In this document: piece by piece, positions 38,166-48,795 of the stretch
Position numbering within the stretch: position 1 is the stretch's first letter
Layout of the letters: each line of letters begins with the position of its first letter
Assembly: GCA_965219385.1 (NCBI GenBank)
Contig: CBDCNM010000002.1
Span: forward strand, 1,606,936 to 1,670,935
Length of the DNA stretch: 64,000 bases
From: Candidatus Latescibacterota bacterium
GTDB lineage: Bacteria; Latescibacterota; UBA2968; UBA8231
Reading direction: 5' to 3'
Made by a program: the position numbers and the translations under genes
The notes under the pieces: generated by a model
What the model was told of the DNA's origin: nothing
Databases searched by the model: none
The model's input: the letters and a program-made list of their open reading frames with translations, nothing else

Positions 38166-39050
38166 ATGAATGGCTCACACGCCAACACCTCGCGCTCGAT
38201 CACTGAGGAAACGGTGGAAATGTCCACCGATGAGAAGTACCTCTTCGACCTGCTCGGATTCGTGGTAGTGCGGGATGTCCTGAACAAGGAGCACCTCGAG
38301 GTGGCCAACGCCGCCATCGACTCTTTGGAGCTCACGCAAAGCCCGGAGTATTTCGGCGACTCAACTGCCTTGAAGGGCGAAAACAGCTCGACACGCCTTA
38401 GCAACCAAGAAGGCCTGATGGAACTCCCAAAGCCGTTCTGCGATCCGTTCAGGGAGATGCTGGCGCATCCGAAAACCACCCCCCACCTCAACACCATCCT
38501 CGGAGAAGGCTGGCGGCTGGACCACGGCCCCGGCCTGATCGCCATGGATAAGGGATGCTCCGGCGGAATGCTTCACGGCAATTTCGACAACGCACCCTAT
38601 TTCTATCGCGAGGGCAAGATCTTCACCGGCCTCTGCGTCATCGAATACTTGCTTGCCGATGAGGGGCCTGGCGACGGCGGAGTAAGCGTGGTCCCGGGAA
38701 GCCACAAGGCCAACCTGGAATGCCCGGACAAGATGCGTAAATGGGAGCAGTACCAGGAGTATGTGACAGAGATTAACGCCAGGGCCGGTGACGCCGTCAT
38801 TTTCAGCGAAGCGTGCACCCACGGGACCCTCCCGTGGACGGCGGATCACCAGCGCCGGGCGATCCTCTATAAATACAACACCGGCCACATGGCATGGGGC
38901 GGGGGCGGTCTGCGCGGCCCGCTTCCCGCATACTGGGACGAGCTCACGGCGCCCCAGCAGGCGGCGCTGCTGCTCCCATCGCACCACTCCCGCCGACCCA
39001 AGTCAAGCAACGGTTACAAAGGCCTCGCTGAGATTGTGGATTCTGCGTGA
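38166..39050 (+). CDS. PhyH-family Fe/2OG oxygenase with a non-canonical HxD site
   Basis: EKYLFDL.GF, LHGN, DGG...VPGSHKAN and GDAVIFSEACTHGTLPW..RR. Start may be 38220. Confidence 0.85.
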   Translation: MNGSHANTSRSITEETVEMSTDEKYLFDLLGFVVVRDVLNKEHLEVANAAIDSLELTQSPEYFGDSTALKGENSSTRLSNQEGLMELPKPFCDPFREMLAHPKTTPHLNTILGEGWRLDHGPGLIAMDKGCSGGMLHGNFDNAPYFYREGKIFTGLCVIEYLLADEGPGDGGVSVVPGSHKANLECPDKMRKWEQYQEYVTEINARAGDAVIFSEACTHGTLPWTADHQRRAILYKYNTGHMAWGGGGLRGPLPAYWDELTAPQQAALLLPSHHSRRPKSSNGYKGLAEIVDSA

Positions 39051-39139
39051 GAGTGCGCTAAGCGGCCATGAGCACAGAAAACGACAACCTCCTCCCGGCC
39101 GTTTTGCAGCGTCGGCCAAAGGCGAGGGAGGGGTATCGA

Positions 39140-39309
39140 GACAAAGTCGAGCCCGTGCACCAGGACCCCGCCCAGGACCGGGCCCGCGACCTTGCCGGCG
39201 TTTTTGAGGGTGCCGATCAGGCCCATGCCGGCGCCCAGGTGGCGCGGGTGCACCTGGGTCGATACCAGAGCCACGGTGGAAGGGAAAACCAGGGCCTGGC
39301 CCCCCCCAA
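39140..39309 (-). repeat. 170-bp direct repeat (copy of an internal segment of the MFS gene)
   Basis: Matches 48940-49109 with 5 mismatches counted by eye; offset 9800 bp. Confidence 0.92.
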
Positions 39310-39310
39310 A

Positions 39311-39396
39311 TAAACTACCCCGCCGCAAGCAGCGGGGTATCGGGTCAGTAGCCCAAGGGCGCCGCAAGCGGCGGGGTATTAGACCCGAACGATAAA
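39311..39396. repeat. pair of GC-rich palindromes (REP/IS200-IS605-end-like miniature element)
   Basis: TACCCCGCCGCAAGCAGCGGGGTAT and GCCGCAAGCGGCGGGGTAT. Confidence 0.55.
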
Positions 39397-41346
39397 ATGA
39401 AACGGCCTAGGGTTTCGTTGGTCGAACGAATCCAGGTGTCTGATCTGGATCCATCCTCCTCTTACGCACCCAGCTTTCGCGCCCTGCTCATCGGCGCTTT
39501 GGGATCTGTGGCTATCGGCACCGGCGTTCCGTACGGCAACATGGTGCTGCACGGTTCCCGCCTCGGTTCTGATTTCAACACTCCTGCAGCCATCATTCTG
39601 TTCTTCTTCCTGGTTTTTTTCTTCAACACCCTGGTGGGACTGATCCGCCGCTCGTGGATGTTGCGCCGGGCCGAACTGGCCCTGATCTACATCATGTGGA
39701 TCGTGGCCACCTCCATTCCCGAATGGGGGCTGACCCCTTTCCTGTTGCCGGACATTACCAGCGTGATCTACTACGCCACACCCGAGAACAACTGGGACGA
39801 ACTGCTGATGCCTTTCATCCCGGACTGGATCATCCCCCACCGCGAATTTTCCCAGATCAAGAACTTGTACGAAGGAGCTCCCGAGGGCCAGGGGGTCCCC
39901 TGGGCACTGTGGCTGCAGCCCTTAGCCTACTGGATCCCCTTCGTCCTGGCGCTCTACCTGGCCATGACCTCCATCATGGTGATCCTGCGCAAACAATGGG
40001 TCGAGCGGGAACGGCTCATCTTCCCCATGGTCCAGGTGCCGATTGCCATGCTTCGGGACGACGAGGCCAGGCCTTCGTTGATCAAGCCTTTTTTCAAAAG
40101 CGGGGTGATGTGGTTGGGTTTTGCCATACCTTTCATCCTTCAGAGCCTTAATGGACTGAATCACTACTACCCCTTCTTTCCCCACATCAGCGTCCGTCCG
40201 TTTAGTTTCCAGCTGATCGGGTTCGCCTATTTCATCAACCGGGAGATCGCCTTCAGTGTGTGCTTTTTCCACCTCATCACCCTCCTCCAGCAGAGCATCT
40301 TCGACAGGCTCGGATTGCAAAATTTCGATCCTGTATACGGCCCCTACAGTGCGGGAGGTTTCATCCAAAGACACCTCGGTTTTGGGGGGATTGTCGTTCT
40401 GGTGCTCTTCGGCTTGTGGACGGGCAGAGGTCATCTGCGCGAGGTCTTCCGCAAAGCATTCCGGGGAGCTTCCGCAGTCGACGACTCCGGAGAGATCCTC
40501 TCCTACCGGGCCGCGGTCTTCGTTTTATTGGGCAGCCTGACCTTTATGGGGGTGTGGCTATGGCGGTCTGGTCTGCCGGCCTGGATTACGCCGATCTATC
40601 TCTTCTGTGTTTTTACCCTCTTCATCGGCATCACCCGGGTGGTCGCCCAAGGAGGACTGGTCGTCGTCTTCGCACCGCTGGTCGCCTCGGATTTCGTGGC
40701 CGCCGGTTTTGGCACCCGGGCGCTGGGTCCCACCGGCATCATCGCCTTTGCCTTCACCTATGTCTGGGGCAGCGATATCCTGATCTTTGTGATGTCTGCT
40801 TGCGCCAACGGCCTCAAATTAGCCGAAGAGACCATTAAAAAGAGACGGCACCTGATCTTCTGGGGGATACTGGTCGCCATCCTCGTGACCCTCTTCAGCT
40901 CGATCTGGGCCATTCTGGAACTGGCCTATCGCTACGGCGGCCTCAATACCGACGAGTTCTTTTTTGTGTGGGCCGCCCGCTATCCCTTTGACAATGCCGC
41001 GTCTCGAATCCAGTCCCTGGGGGGCCCGCACTGGGCCAACTGGGGCTATACAGCGCTTGGCGCCATCATCATGGGAGTACTGACGGTGGCCCGCCAGCGC
41101 TTTCTCTGGTGGCCCCTGCATCCGCTCGGGTTTCCCATCGGTTTTCACTTTGTGGGACTCTACAGCGTCTTGCTGGCCTGGCTGATCAAGACCGTAGTGT
41201 TGAAGTACGGCGGACCTACACTCTATCTGAAGACCCGCCCCTTCTTTCTGGGGCTGATCCTGGGGCAGTACGTCCCCGCCGGAGTCTGGTACGTGATCGA
41301 TTATTTTACCGGAACCAGCGGGAATGAGATCTCGCCCTGGCCTTGA
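39397..41346 (+). CDS. DUF6785/DUF6784-type polytopic membrane protein (OPT-like putative transporter)
   Basis: Many TM helices; YYATPEN.W, RKQWVERERL.FP, D..E.LSYR, TRVVA.GG, WWPLHPLGF and PFFLGLILG. Confidence 0.75.
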   Translation: MKRPRVSLVERIQVSDLDPSSSYAPSFRALLIGALGSVAIGTGVPYGNMVLHGSRLGSDFNTPAAIILFFFLVFFFNTLVGLIRRSWMLRRAELALIYIMWIVATSIPEWGLTPFLLPDITSVIYYATPENNWDELLMPFIPDWIIPHREFSQIKNLYEGAPEGQGVPWALWLQPLAYWIPFVLALYLAMTSIMVILRKQWVERERLIFPMVQVPIAMLRDDEARPSLIKPFFKSGVMWLGFAIPFILQSLNGLNHYYPFFPHISVRPFSFQLIGFAYFINREIAFSVCFFHLITLLQQSIFDRLGLQNFDPVYGPYSAGGFIQRHLGFGGIVVLVLFGLWTGRGHLREVFRKAFRGASAVDDSGEILSYRAAVFVLLGSLTFMGVWLWRSGLPAWITPIYLFCVFTLFIGITRVVAQGGLVVVFAPLVASDFVAAGFGTRALGPTGIIAFAFTYVWGSDILIFVMSACANGLKLAEETIKKRRHLIFWGILVAILVTLFSSIWAILELAYRYGGLNTDEFFFVWAARYPFDNAASRIQSLGGPHWANWGYTALGAIIMGVLTVARQRFLWWPLHPLGFPIGFHFVGLYSVLLAWLIKTVVLKYGGPTLYLKTRPFFLGLILGQYVPAGVWYVIDYFTGTSGNEISPWP

Positions 41347-41351
41347 ACTCC

Positions 41352-42173
41352 TCATCCCGACCTGGCACACCGGAAGCCCACATACAGGCTCCGGTCCACC
41401 GGCAGGATCTTGTATCGTTTGGTGGTCCGCAGCACAGATTCAGAATTGATCCACGATCCTCCACGCAGAATTTTATACTGCCCTTTTTCAGGCCCCTGGG
41501 GGTTTTTATTCGCTCCCCCGGTATAGTAATCTTGGCCATACCAATCAGCGCACCACTCCCAGACACTTCCTGCCATGTCCAGCGCGCCATAGGGGCTGAC
41601 ACCGGACGGGAAAGTCCCCACCGGCGCCGTCTTCTCGTAGCCATCCTCGCGACCCCAGATATTGGCGCAACCCGGATCAAAGATATTTCCCCAGGGCCAT
41701 ATCCGCCCGTCTGTGCCCCGTGCGCTTTTCTCCCATTCGGCCTCAGTCGGCAGCCGTTTGCCTCTCCAGCCACAATAGGTCCGGGCGTCGTACCAACTCA
41801 CGTAAACCACTGGATGATCCAGTTGTGTAGAGATATCCGATTCCGGGCCTTCGGGATGGCGCCAGCTGATCCCGTCTTCCTGTTCGGCGGTAGTCAGGTA
41901 CCCGGTGGCCTCCACAAAGACCTTGAACTGAGCATTGGTGACCTCGTAGCGGTCGATGTAGTAAGCGCTCAGGTGGACTTCGTGGGCGGGACGCTCATCC
42001 GTGGCCCTGGGATCACCGCTTCCCATGGTAAACGGGCCGGCGGGAATCAACACCATATCCTCGAGAACGATTCCAGCATCTCGCCGACCACAGCAAAGGC
42101 TGGAGCAAACGAGACTGCAGACGAGCAAAACACCCCACCAATAGGGGCCGTTCCTCTTACTCCGAGGAGACAT
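41352..42173 (-). CDS. formylglycine-generating enzyme (SUMF1) family protein
   Basis: F.MGS, YEVTNAQF, HPVVYVSW, RLPTEAEWE, DMAG.VWEW, RGGSW and GFRCA. Confidence 0.9.
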   Translation of the reverse strand: MSPRSKRNGPYWWGVLLVCSLVCSSLCCGRRDAGIVLEDMVLIPAGPFTMGSGDPRATDERPAHEVHLSAYYIDRYEVTNAQFKVFVEATGYLTTAEQEDGISWRHPEGPESDISTQLDHPVVYVSWYDARTYCGWRGKRLPTEAEWEKSARGTDGRIWPWGNIFDPGCANIWGREDGYEKTAPVGTFPSGVSPYGALDMAGSVWEWCADWYGQDYYTGGANKNPQGPEKGQYKILRGGSWINSESVLRTTKRYKILPVDRSLYVGFRCARSG

Positions 42174-42196
42174 ATAATCTTGCAACCTCTCCTCGA

Positions 42197-43150
42197 TCAA
42201 CGCCCCTGTAGTAACCGCTGCTGGATTTTTCGGACCTTGGCGGCAATCACTGCCCGGGTCGAATCGAGCGCCAGGGCCTGGTTCCAGGTCTGCAGGGCCC
42301 TGTGGAATTCACTCTGTGCGGCGTAAAGTGTGCCCAGGTCATCGTAGACCTCGACTACTGTCGTATCAATAGCTAGGGCGCCCTGATAGGCCAGGATAGC
42401 CTCATCCAGCAGACCCATGCTCTGGTAGATAAGACCGAGACTGATATGGGGTTGGATCAGGCCGGGATCGAGTTCAATGCCCCTCTTGTATGCTCTGATC
42501 GCTTTGCCGAGCAAGCCCATACTCTGATAAAGTGTCCCCAGGTTGATGTGGCCCCGGGCCAGGGTGGAGTCCATGCGGATGGCCTGCTGATAAGCCGCAA
42601 GGGCCTGCTGCAGTCCGCGCGTCTGCTGATAAACGCGCCCGATTCCCAGCGCGGCCAGGGCATAATCGGGTTTGAGCTGCAGGGCCTTTGCGTACTCGGC
42701 AAGCGCTTCTCGATTCCTTCCCTGTTGCGCATAAATAACCCCTAAATTATAGTGCAGAACTGGATCGTCAGGATGGAGCTGAACCTGCTGGTAGTGCCAC
42801 TCGAAGGCTTGCTCAGCGGCTTCCAGCTTTTTGAATAGCTCCAGTGCGTGCGCTGCTTTTTCAGTTTGGTTCTGTCTGTAATACAGCTGGCTCAGCTGAA
42901 AGTGGGCCTGGGCGTGACGGGGGGCCAGGTGGAGGGCGCGCTGAAACAGGGAAAAGGCCTCTTTGTGGTGCCTGGTCTTCGCGTATACAACGCCGAGTTG
43001 GACACAGGCGTCCACATACTCAGGTGAAAGGGCGAGGGCCTGTTTCAGGTTCTCTTTTGCGAGGTCGTATCTTTCCTGATCGAGGTGGAGCAGCCCCAGG
43101 GTATAGAGCGCCTCAGGGGAGTCGGGGACGAATTCGAGCGCCTGCTGCAA
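42197..43150 (-). CDS. TPR-repeat protein, probably 5'-truncated
   Basis: Repeated A.Y/H.NLG..Y motifs; begins mid-repeat at a TTG. Confidence 0.75.
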   Translation of the reverse strand: MQQALEFVPDSPEALYTLGLLHLDQERYDLAKENLKQALALSPEYVDACVQLGVVYAKTRHHKEAFSLFQRALHLAPRHAQAHFQLSQLYYRQNQTEKAAHALELFKKLEAAEQAFEWHYQQVQLHPDDPVLHYNLGVIYAQQGRNREALAEYAKALQLKPDYALAALGIGRVYQQTRGLQQALAAYQQAIRMDSTLARGHINLGTLYQSMGLLGKAIRAYKRGIELDPGLIQPHISLGLIYQSMGLLDEAILAYQGALAIDTTVVEVYDDLGTLYAAQSEFHRALQTWNQALALDSTRAVIAAKVRKIQQRLLQGR

Positions 43151-43324
43151 AACATTGACGCGCCCGATCCGGCCACCTATAACGGCTTCTGGTCCACATC
43201 CCCTGGACCCGGAAACGAACCTTCTCAGGACTTTGTGCTCGCCGAGGTGGATGATAGCATAGACTTTCCCACAGCGGTTGAAGAGGTTAGCTGGGGTCTG
43301 ATCAAGGCCGGCTTTGCCGAGTAA
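43150..43324 (+). pseudogene. C-terminal shard of a secreted protein ending in a TAVE..SWG.IKA motif
   Basis: ...DFPTAVEEVSWGLIKAGFAE*; no native N-terminus. Confidence 0.6.
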
Positions 43325-43360
43325 GACTTCGGCCTTTCAATCTAGATTTTAAATTTAGCC

Positions 43361-43403
43361 CCCCTGTTTCGCCCTGTATCCGAAGCGAGACAGGGGTTTT
43401 TTT
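43361..43403 (+). terminator. intrinsic terminator between convergent genes
   Basis: CCCCTGTTTCGC/GCGAGACAGGGG stem followed by T7. Confidence 0.75.
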
Positions 43404-43407
43404 GCTG

Positions 43408-45515
43408 TTAATAAACCAGCGCAACCACCCGTGACTGCTCTGCGTTACGGGCATCCCCGTCCACCTCGATCCGCACGATATAAAGGCCGGGCGCTCCCAG
43501 CTGGTCCTGGTCATTGCGCCCATCCCAGGTCTTGTCTTGGTAGCGGCCACTGCGTTCAGGGCCGTCGTGAACGACCCGCACCAGGCGGCCGCTCAGATCG
43601 TAGACACTGATATTTACACGCCGGGGAACGCTTAGAGAAAGCAGGTTGTAGCGCACGGAAAGCTGGTCGTTGATGCCGTCCCCGTTCGGGGTGAAGGGAT
43701 TGGGCGCCAGCTCCACCTTATCGAGTAGCTGTCCTTCTCGCAGCACAACCGGACTCAGAACCGTGGTGCCGGAAAAATCAGGGTCATCTCCTTCACCCAG
43801 GAAGGCTGCATTGCCCGGAACTACCGCCTGAAAGGCCTCTGGCTCGCTGGCGAGCCGAACCGAAGCGGCAAAATCGGTGCTGTAGGTCAGAACCTCGGTC
43901 TTGAAGCGAATCTGTACCCGGGTATTGTTTTTCTGAACGAGTGGAAAACGCACGGTGAACCTGTCGTCAGCGACCGAGACGATCTGGAATCCATTGGCTG
44001 CGGTCGTGTCTTCGAGATCGGTAAATGCTTGTTTGGCAATAAGCTGTTCATTTTTATCCCGTAGTTCTATGGCATCTATGCTCTCCACCCGGGCCGGAGT
44101 GGGTACCTCCATGGTATCAAACCCGCGCACCCCGGGCGTCTGCAGGACCGCCCGCACCGCACAGATGAAAGAGAAGGTCCTGGACAACTCGACCTCTCGC
44201 GGAAAGATTTCCCCTTTGAGTGAGTCGGCCAGAGGGGGCGTCAGAAAGTCAAAGCTCAGGGATTTCAAGGCTCGAGCTGCCCCCAGAGCATTGCTTTTAA
44301 AGACTACCTGGAACTGGAAATAGCGGCGCGGACTTGGAGACAACATGGGGACCCCAGGGCCATTGGCCGCGCTGGCTGGATAGGTCGGGCTGAACGGACT
44401 CCAGTTGACCAGATCGTCTTTTACCGCGCCGGGTTCCCACTCGCGGCCTGCATCATCGATTTGCGGCAGGCTCTGGTATTCGGCCAGGTCCATCTTCTCT
44501 GTGAGACTGTTCAGGGCGAAGGGAATTTCCTCGGCATTGGGCTTGCTTCTCAGCTTGCGGGTGAACAAAAAGGGGGAAGGATCGGTTCCAGTGCGGGTGC
44601 GTATCTCCAGGCTGGAGAACAGGGAATCGCCGACTGTTTCTTCGCTCCAGCGCAGATTGGTCCAGGCAGCAGGCTGTTCCGCATCGAATATATCCGAAAT
44701 GTACCGGCCCGTGGTCAGGAAGCCCCGGCCGAACACCTCGAATTCATCGATCTCCCAATCAATACTAGTAATGGACCGCAGGCGTATGTGCTGGATAATA
44801 CGCGGCGGGTCCATATCCACTACGACGACCGAATCTTTATTGTCTCTTTCCACAAACAGCGGCTGCCAGACCGGGTTCCCCTCTCCGGTCAGATTGACCC
44901 CGTCATTGGTGAAGAGTTCAAAAGCCCTCAGGAAGTTTTCGTGGAAGGGAGTGGCGGGAGACGATTGGACCGTGTTGCGGGGGTAGAAACGGATGCGATT
45001 GACCCAGAAGCGGCCCCCGAGGTTGAGGGTGATCAGGATTCCGAAGGCATTGGGGGCCCTGCGTTCAAACGCTTCTAATTCACCCCCTTCCTCATTGGAC
45101 AGGAGTTCCTGCAGAATCAGTTCGAGGACCGATCTACTAAAGCCGCCGGCGAAGCCATAGCCCTCTCCCAGGGAGAACACATTGGGAGCCTGTATACTGC
45201 CGCCCCGATCCACCGTGCCACTGGCGATATTCTCGCCTTCCTCGATCCGCAGAAGCAGGACGCTGTTGGGGAAATCCGCTCTATGGAATTCGATCAGGTT
45301 GCCGGGCGCATTGCCCACCAGGAGGGCGTTGGGATTGAGGGGAGAGCGATGCCGCGCATCAACGACCCCGATTGAGGCTGCGCCCTCGCCGCGCCAGTCC
45401 AACTCGCCGTCCTGTCCGATGTGACGGTCTCCAGGGCAGGGGCCCATCGAGAGTCGAGGAGAATAAGCCCTAAAGCAGCCAGGAAAAAGCAAGGAGAATA
45501 ACCTGATCTGGTCAT
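43408..45515 (-). CDS. secreted protein with C-terminal FlgD-Ig-like domain; frameshift near 45421
   Basis: Signal peptide from 45515 (MTRSGY...APA) is out of frame with the body (IGQDGELDW...). C-terminal PNPFTPNGDGIND, VYDLSGRLV and WDGRN..PGLY. Confidence 0.7.
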
Positions 45516-45721
45516 TGTGAGAGATTTGCTGTAAATTCGGTTTTACCTGAAGGAAACTGCTATGTTTGAAGATAGCCAAACCGTGCTTTCCTGCGCAACT
45601 GTTTCCAGCCCCCAAGGACCTATCATGCCGCTGGTTGGTTGACGCCCCACCGCATCATCTACAAAGTAGAGGTCGGCCTTTGCGGTGCGAGATGAGAACC
45701 TGGTTCGATCGTGGATTCTCA

Positions 45722-48682
45722 ATGATAGTCAGGCTGATTATCCTGGCACTCCTGATGGGTTGTGGGCGCAATTCTGAAAGGGAATCCACCCCTGTCACAG
45801 GGTACGCCGGGACAGGAGTGCAGTTCGTGGAGGTGAGCGCAGAGTCCGGCCTGGACTTCACGCAGGTATCCGGAAGCCCGGAGCAGCACTACATCCTGGA
45901 GACCATGTCAGCCGGGGCCGCCTTTTTGGACTACGACGGAGACGGGTACCTGGATGTGTTCGTGGTCAACAGCACCCGGGTGGAAGAGACCCCGGAGGGG
46001 GCCTTCAACCGGCTCTACCGCAACACCAGGGCCGTGGGCGCAGCCGGGGAAGAAGTGCGGGTGTTCCGGGAAGTAACCGAGGAGACGGGATTGAAGCGCT
46101 CGGGCTGGGGTATGGGCTGTGCCGTCGGGGACTACGACGGAGACGGGTACCTGGATCTCTACGTCACCTACTGGGGACCTAATGTGCTGTATCGCAACGA
46201 CGGGGATGGCCGTTTCACAGAGGTAACCCAGGAAGCGGGTGTGGGAAATGAGGGCTGGAGCTCCAGTGCGGCGTTCGGGGATGTGGACGGGGACGGCTAC
46301 CTGGATCTGTACGTGGCCAATTACCTGGTCTTTGATCTGGAGGCGCCGCCCAACGGGGGCAAGCCCTGCACCGGCTTTAAAGGGCTGGAGGGCTTCTTTC
46401 TGCGGCCCTAAAGGCCTGGAGCCGCAGGCAGACGTGCTCTTTCGCAACGACGAGGATGGGGGTTTTACGGATGTGAGCGGGAAGACGGGGGTGGACCGGC
46501 ACCGGTATCCTGGTCTGGGGGTGGTCTTCGGCGACTACGACAACGACGGAGACCAGGATATCTACGTGGCCAATGACTCGGAACCCAACCTGCTTTTTCG
46601 CAACGAGGGCAACTGGCGTTTGAGTGAAACAGCTACCTTTGCAGGCGTGGCCTACAGTGAAGAGGGAAGCGCCCAGGCCGGTATGGGGGTGGATTTCGGG
46701 GATTACGACAACGACGGGGATCTGGACCTGTTCGCGACCAATTTCTCGGACGATGTAAATACCCTCTATCAGAATCAGGGTGATGGCTCGTTTGTAGATG
46801 CTACTGCTGCGGCCGGCCTGGGGGGGGCGGTGCGGCCTTACCTGGGCTGGAGCACGGCCTTCTTCGATGCGGACAACGACGGCTGGCAGGACCTTTTTGT
46901 GGCCAATGGCCATCTCTATCCGCAGTTGGACGCCCATCCCTCGGGACTGCGCTACGCCCAACGCAACCTGTTTTACTGGAATGAGAGAGGTGTATTCCGC
47001 CAGGCCGGGACCGAGGCAGGGCCGGGTCTGGAGGTGGAGAAGGTCAGCCGGGGCGCCGCGTTCGGGGACTACGACAACGACAGGGACGTGGACCTGCTGG
47101 TGATGAACCTGAACGATACGCCAACCTTGCTGCGCAACGAGGGGGGCAACCGCAACAACTGGCTGGGGCTGGAACTGGCACAGGGGAGGAGAACAACCGG
47201 GACGCCATCGGGGCCCGGGTGCGGGTCATTGCCGGCGGGCGGGCGCAGGTGCGGGAGGTGAAGCGCGGCTATGGGTACCAGTCCCAGCACGACGGGCGGG
47301 TGCTGTTCGGCCTGGGGAGGGAGGAGCAGGTGGAGCGGGTGGAGATCCGCTGGCCGAGCGGAAAGGTCCAGATTCTGGAACACCCCGAACTGCGGTGCTA
47401 CCTGGTCGTGCGGGAAGGAAGCGAGGTCCCAATCGCCTGTTACGCGGCAAAGACCGAGGGCGCCCTCGCAGCGCAGGGCTTGCCTGTTCCCCCAAAAAGA
47501 GCGGGGGACCCCAAACCGCAGGAGCTACCCCAGTATGCGGAAGATGCCAGCTGGACGGCAGAGGAATATCATCGGAACGGTGGAGCCCTTTATGAGCGGG
47601 GCCGCTACGAAGAGGCTCTGCCCATGTTCAGGGCAGCCGTCCAGTTGCGTCCGGACTACTTGGAGGCCTACTACACTCTCGGGGTAGCGCTGTATGCAGG
47701 ACTGGGCCGGAGAGAAGAGGCCGCCAGGCTCCTGGAACAGGCAATTGAAAGGGATTCCTCACAGGCTGAGATCTGCGAGCTACTGGGAGCGGTCTATCTG
47801 AGTCTCAACCAGCCGGAGAGGACCATCCCCGTGCTGGAGCGGGCTGTGGTCCTGGATTCTGGCGCGTGGGAAAGTTACAACCGGCTGGGGGTAGCGCACC
47901 TGCGCCGCGGGAACATCCAGGCCGCCACCGCTGCCTTTCAGGGCGCTATTAGGGCGGCTCCGTACGCGCCTGTGCCGCACCTGCAACTGGCCCGGATATA
48001 CGAGAAGCTGGGGCACTGGAAGGCAGCCCGGGGAGAGCGGCTCAGGTTCGAGCAGTTGAGGCCTGTGCAGGACCAGGTGGATACGTATCTGGACAATCTC
48101 AAGGAGGCCCCGAATGATGCAAAGCTGCACTACCTCGTCGGGCGGGCGTACGTAAAGCAGAGACGCTATGCCGAAGCCATCGGCTCTTTTGAGCAGGCAA
48201 TCGAACTTGATCCCGGCTTCGGTGTGGCGCACTACGGCCTAGGCGCGGTGTACCACCACCAGGGGAAACTGGAACAGTCCATCGCAGCCTACGCCCGGGC
48301 CTATGGGGCTGACTCGAGCCTGGTCATGGCCCTCAATGATCTGGGCCGAGCCTATCACCAGGCAGGACGTCTGCAGGAAACGGTCGAGGCCTACCAGAAG
48401 GCCATCCGCCGGCGGCCGGGCCTCGCCTTGGTCAGCAGCAACCTAGGCGAGGCCTATGCTGCCCAGGGGAAAAGGCAGGAGGCCATGGCCTCCTACAGAA
48501 CGGCCCTGGAGCTTGATTCGACGCTGGTAGAGACCCGGAACACCCTGGCCCGGCTCTACGCGGTGGAGGGGCGCCTGGAGGAGGCGATCCAGCAGTGGGA
48601 GAGGGTCTTGAGGCTGGCCCCCGAGCACCCTACGGCAAGAGCCGGGATGCGACGCGCGCGCGCACGTCTTACCGCCCGTTGA
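45722..48682 (+). CDS. CRTAC1/ASPIC-UnbV FG-GAP + TPR lipoprotein with two frameshifts (about 46397 and 47181)
   Basis: LMGC lipobox, DYDGDG.LD repeats, SRGAAFGDYDND, N.DAIGARV..GY.SQ...FGLG...IRWPSG, then TPRs; spread over three ORFs. Confidence 0.8.
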
Positions 48683-48795
48683 GACCTGCAAAAGGCCCTC
48701 TCATCGTTTGCTACAAAGCTCCTGGTGCTCTGTCCACTTTTCCGGACAGCGGTTTGTTCGTCCAGGCAGGTAGTCTAAGAACCCACCCGGCGTGT

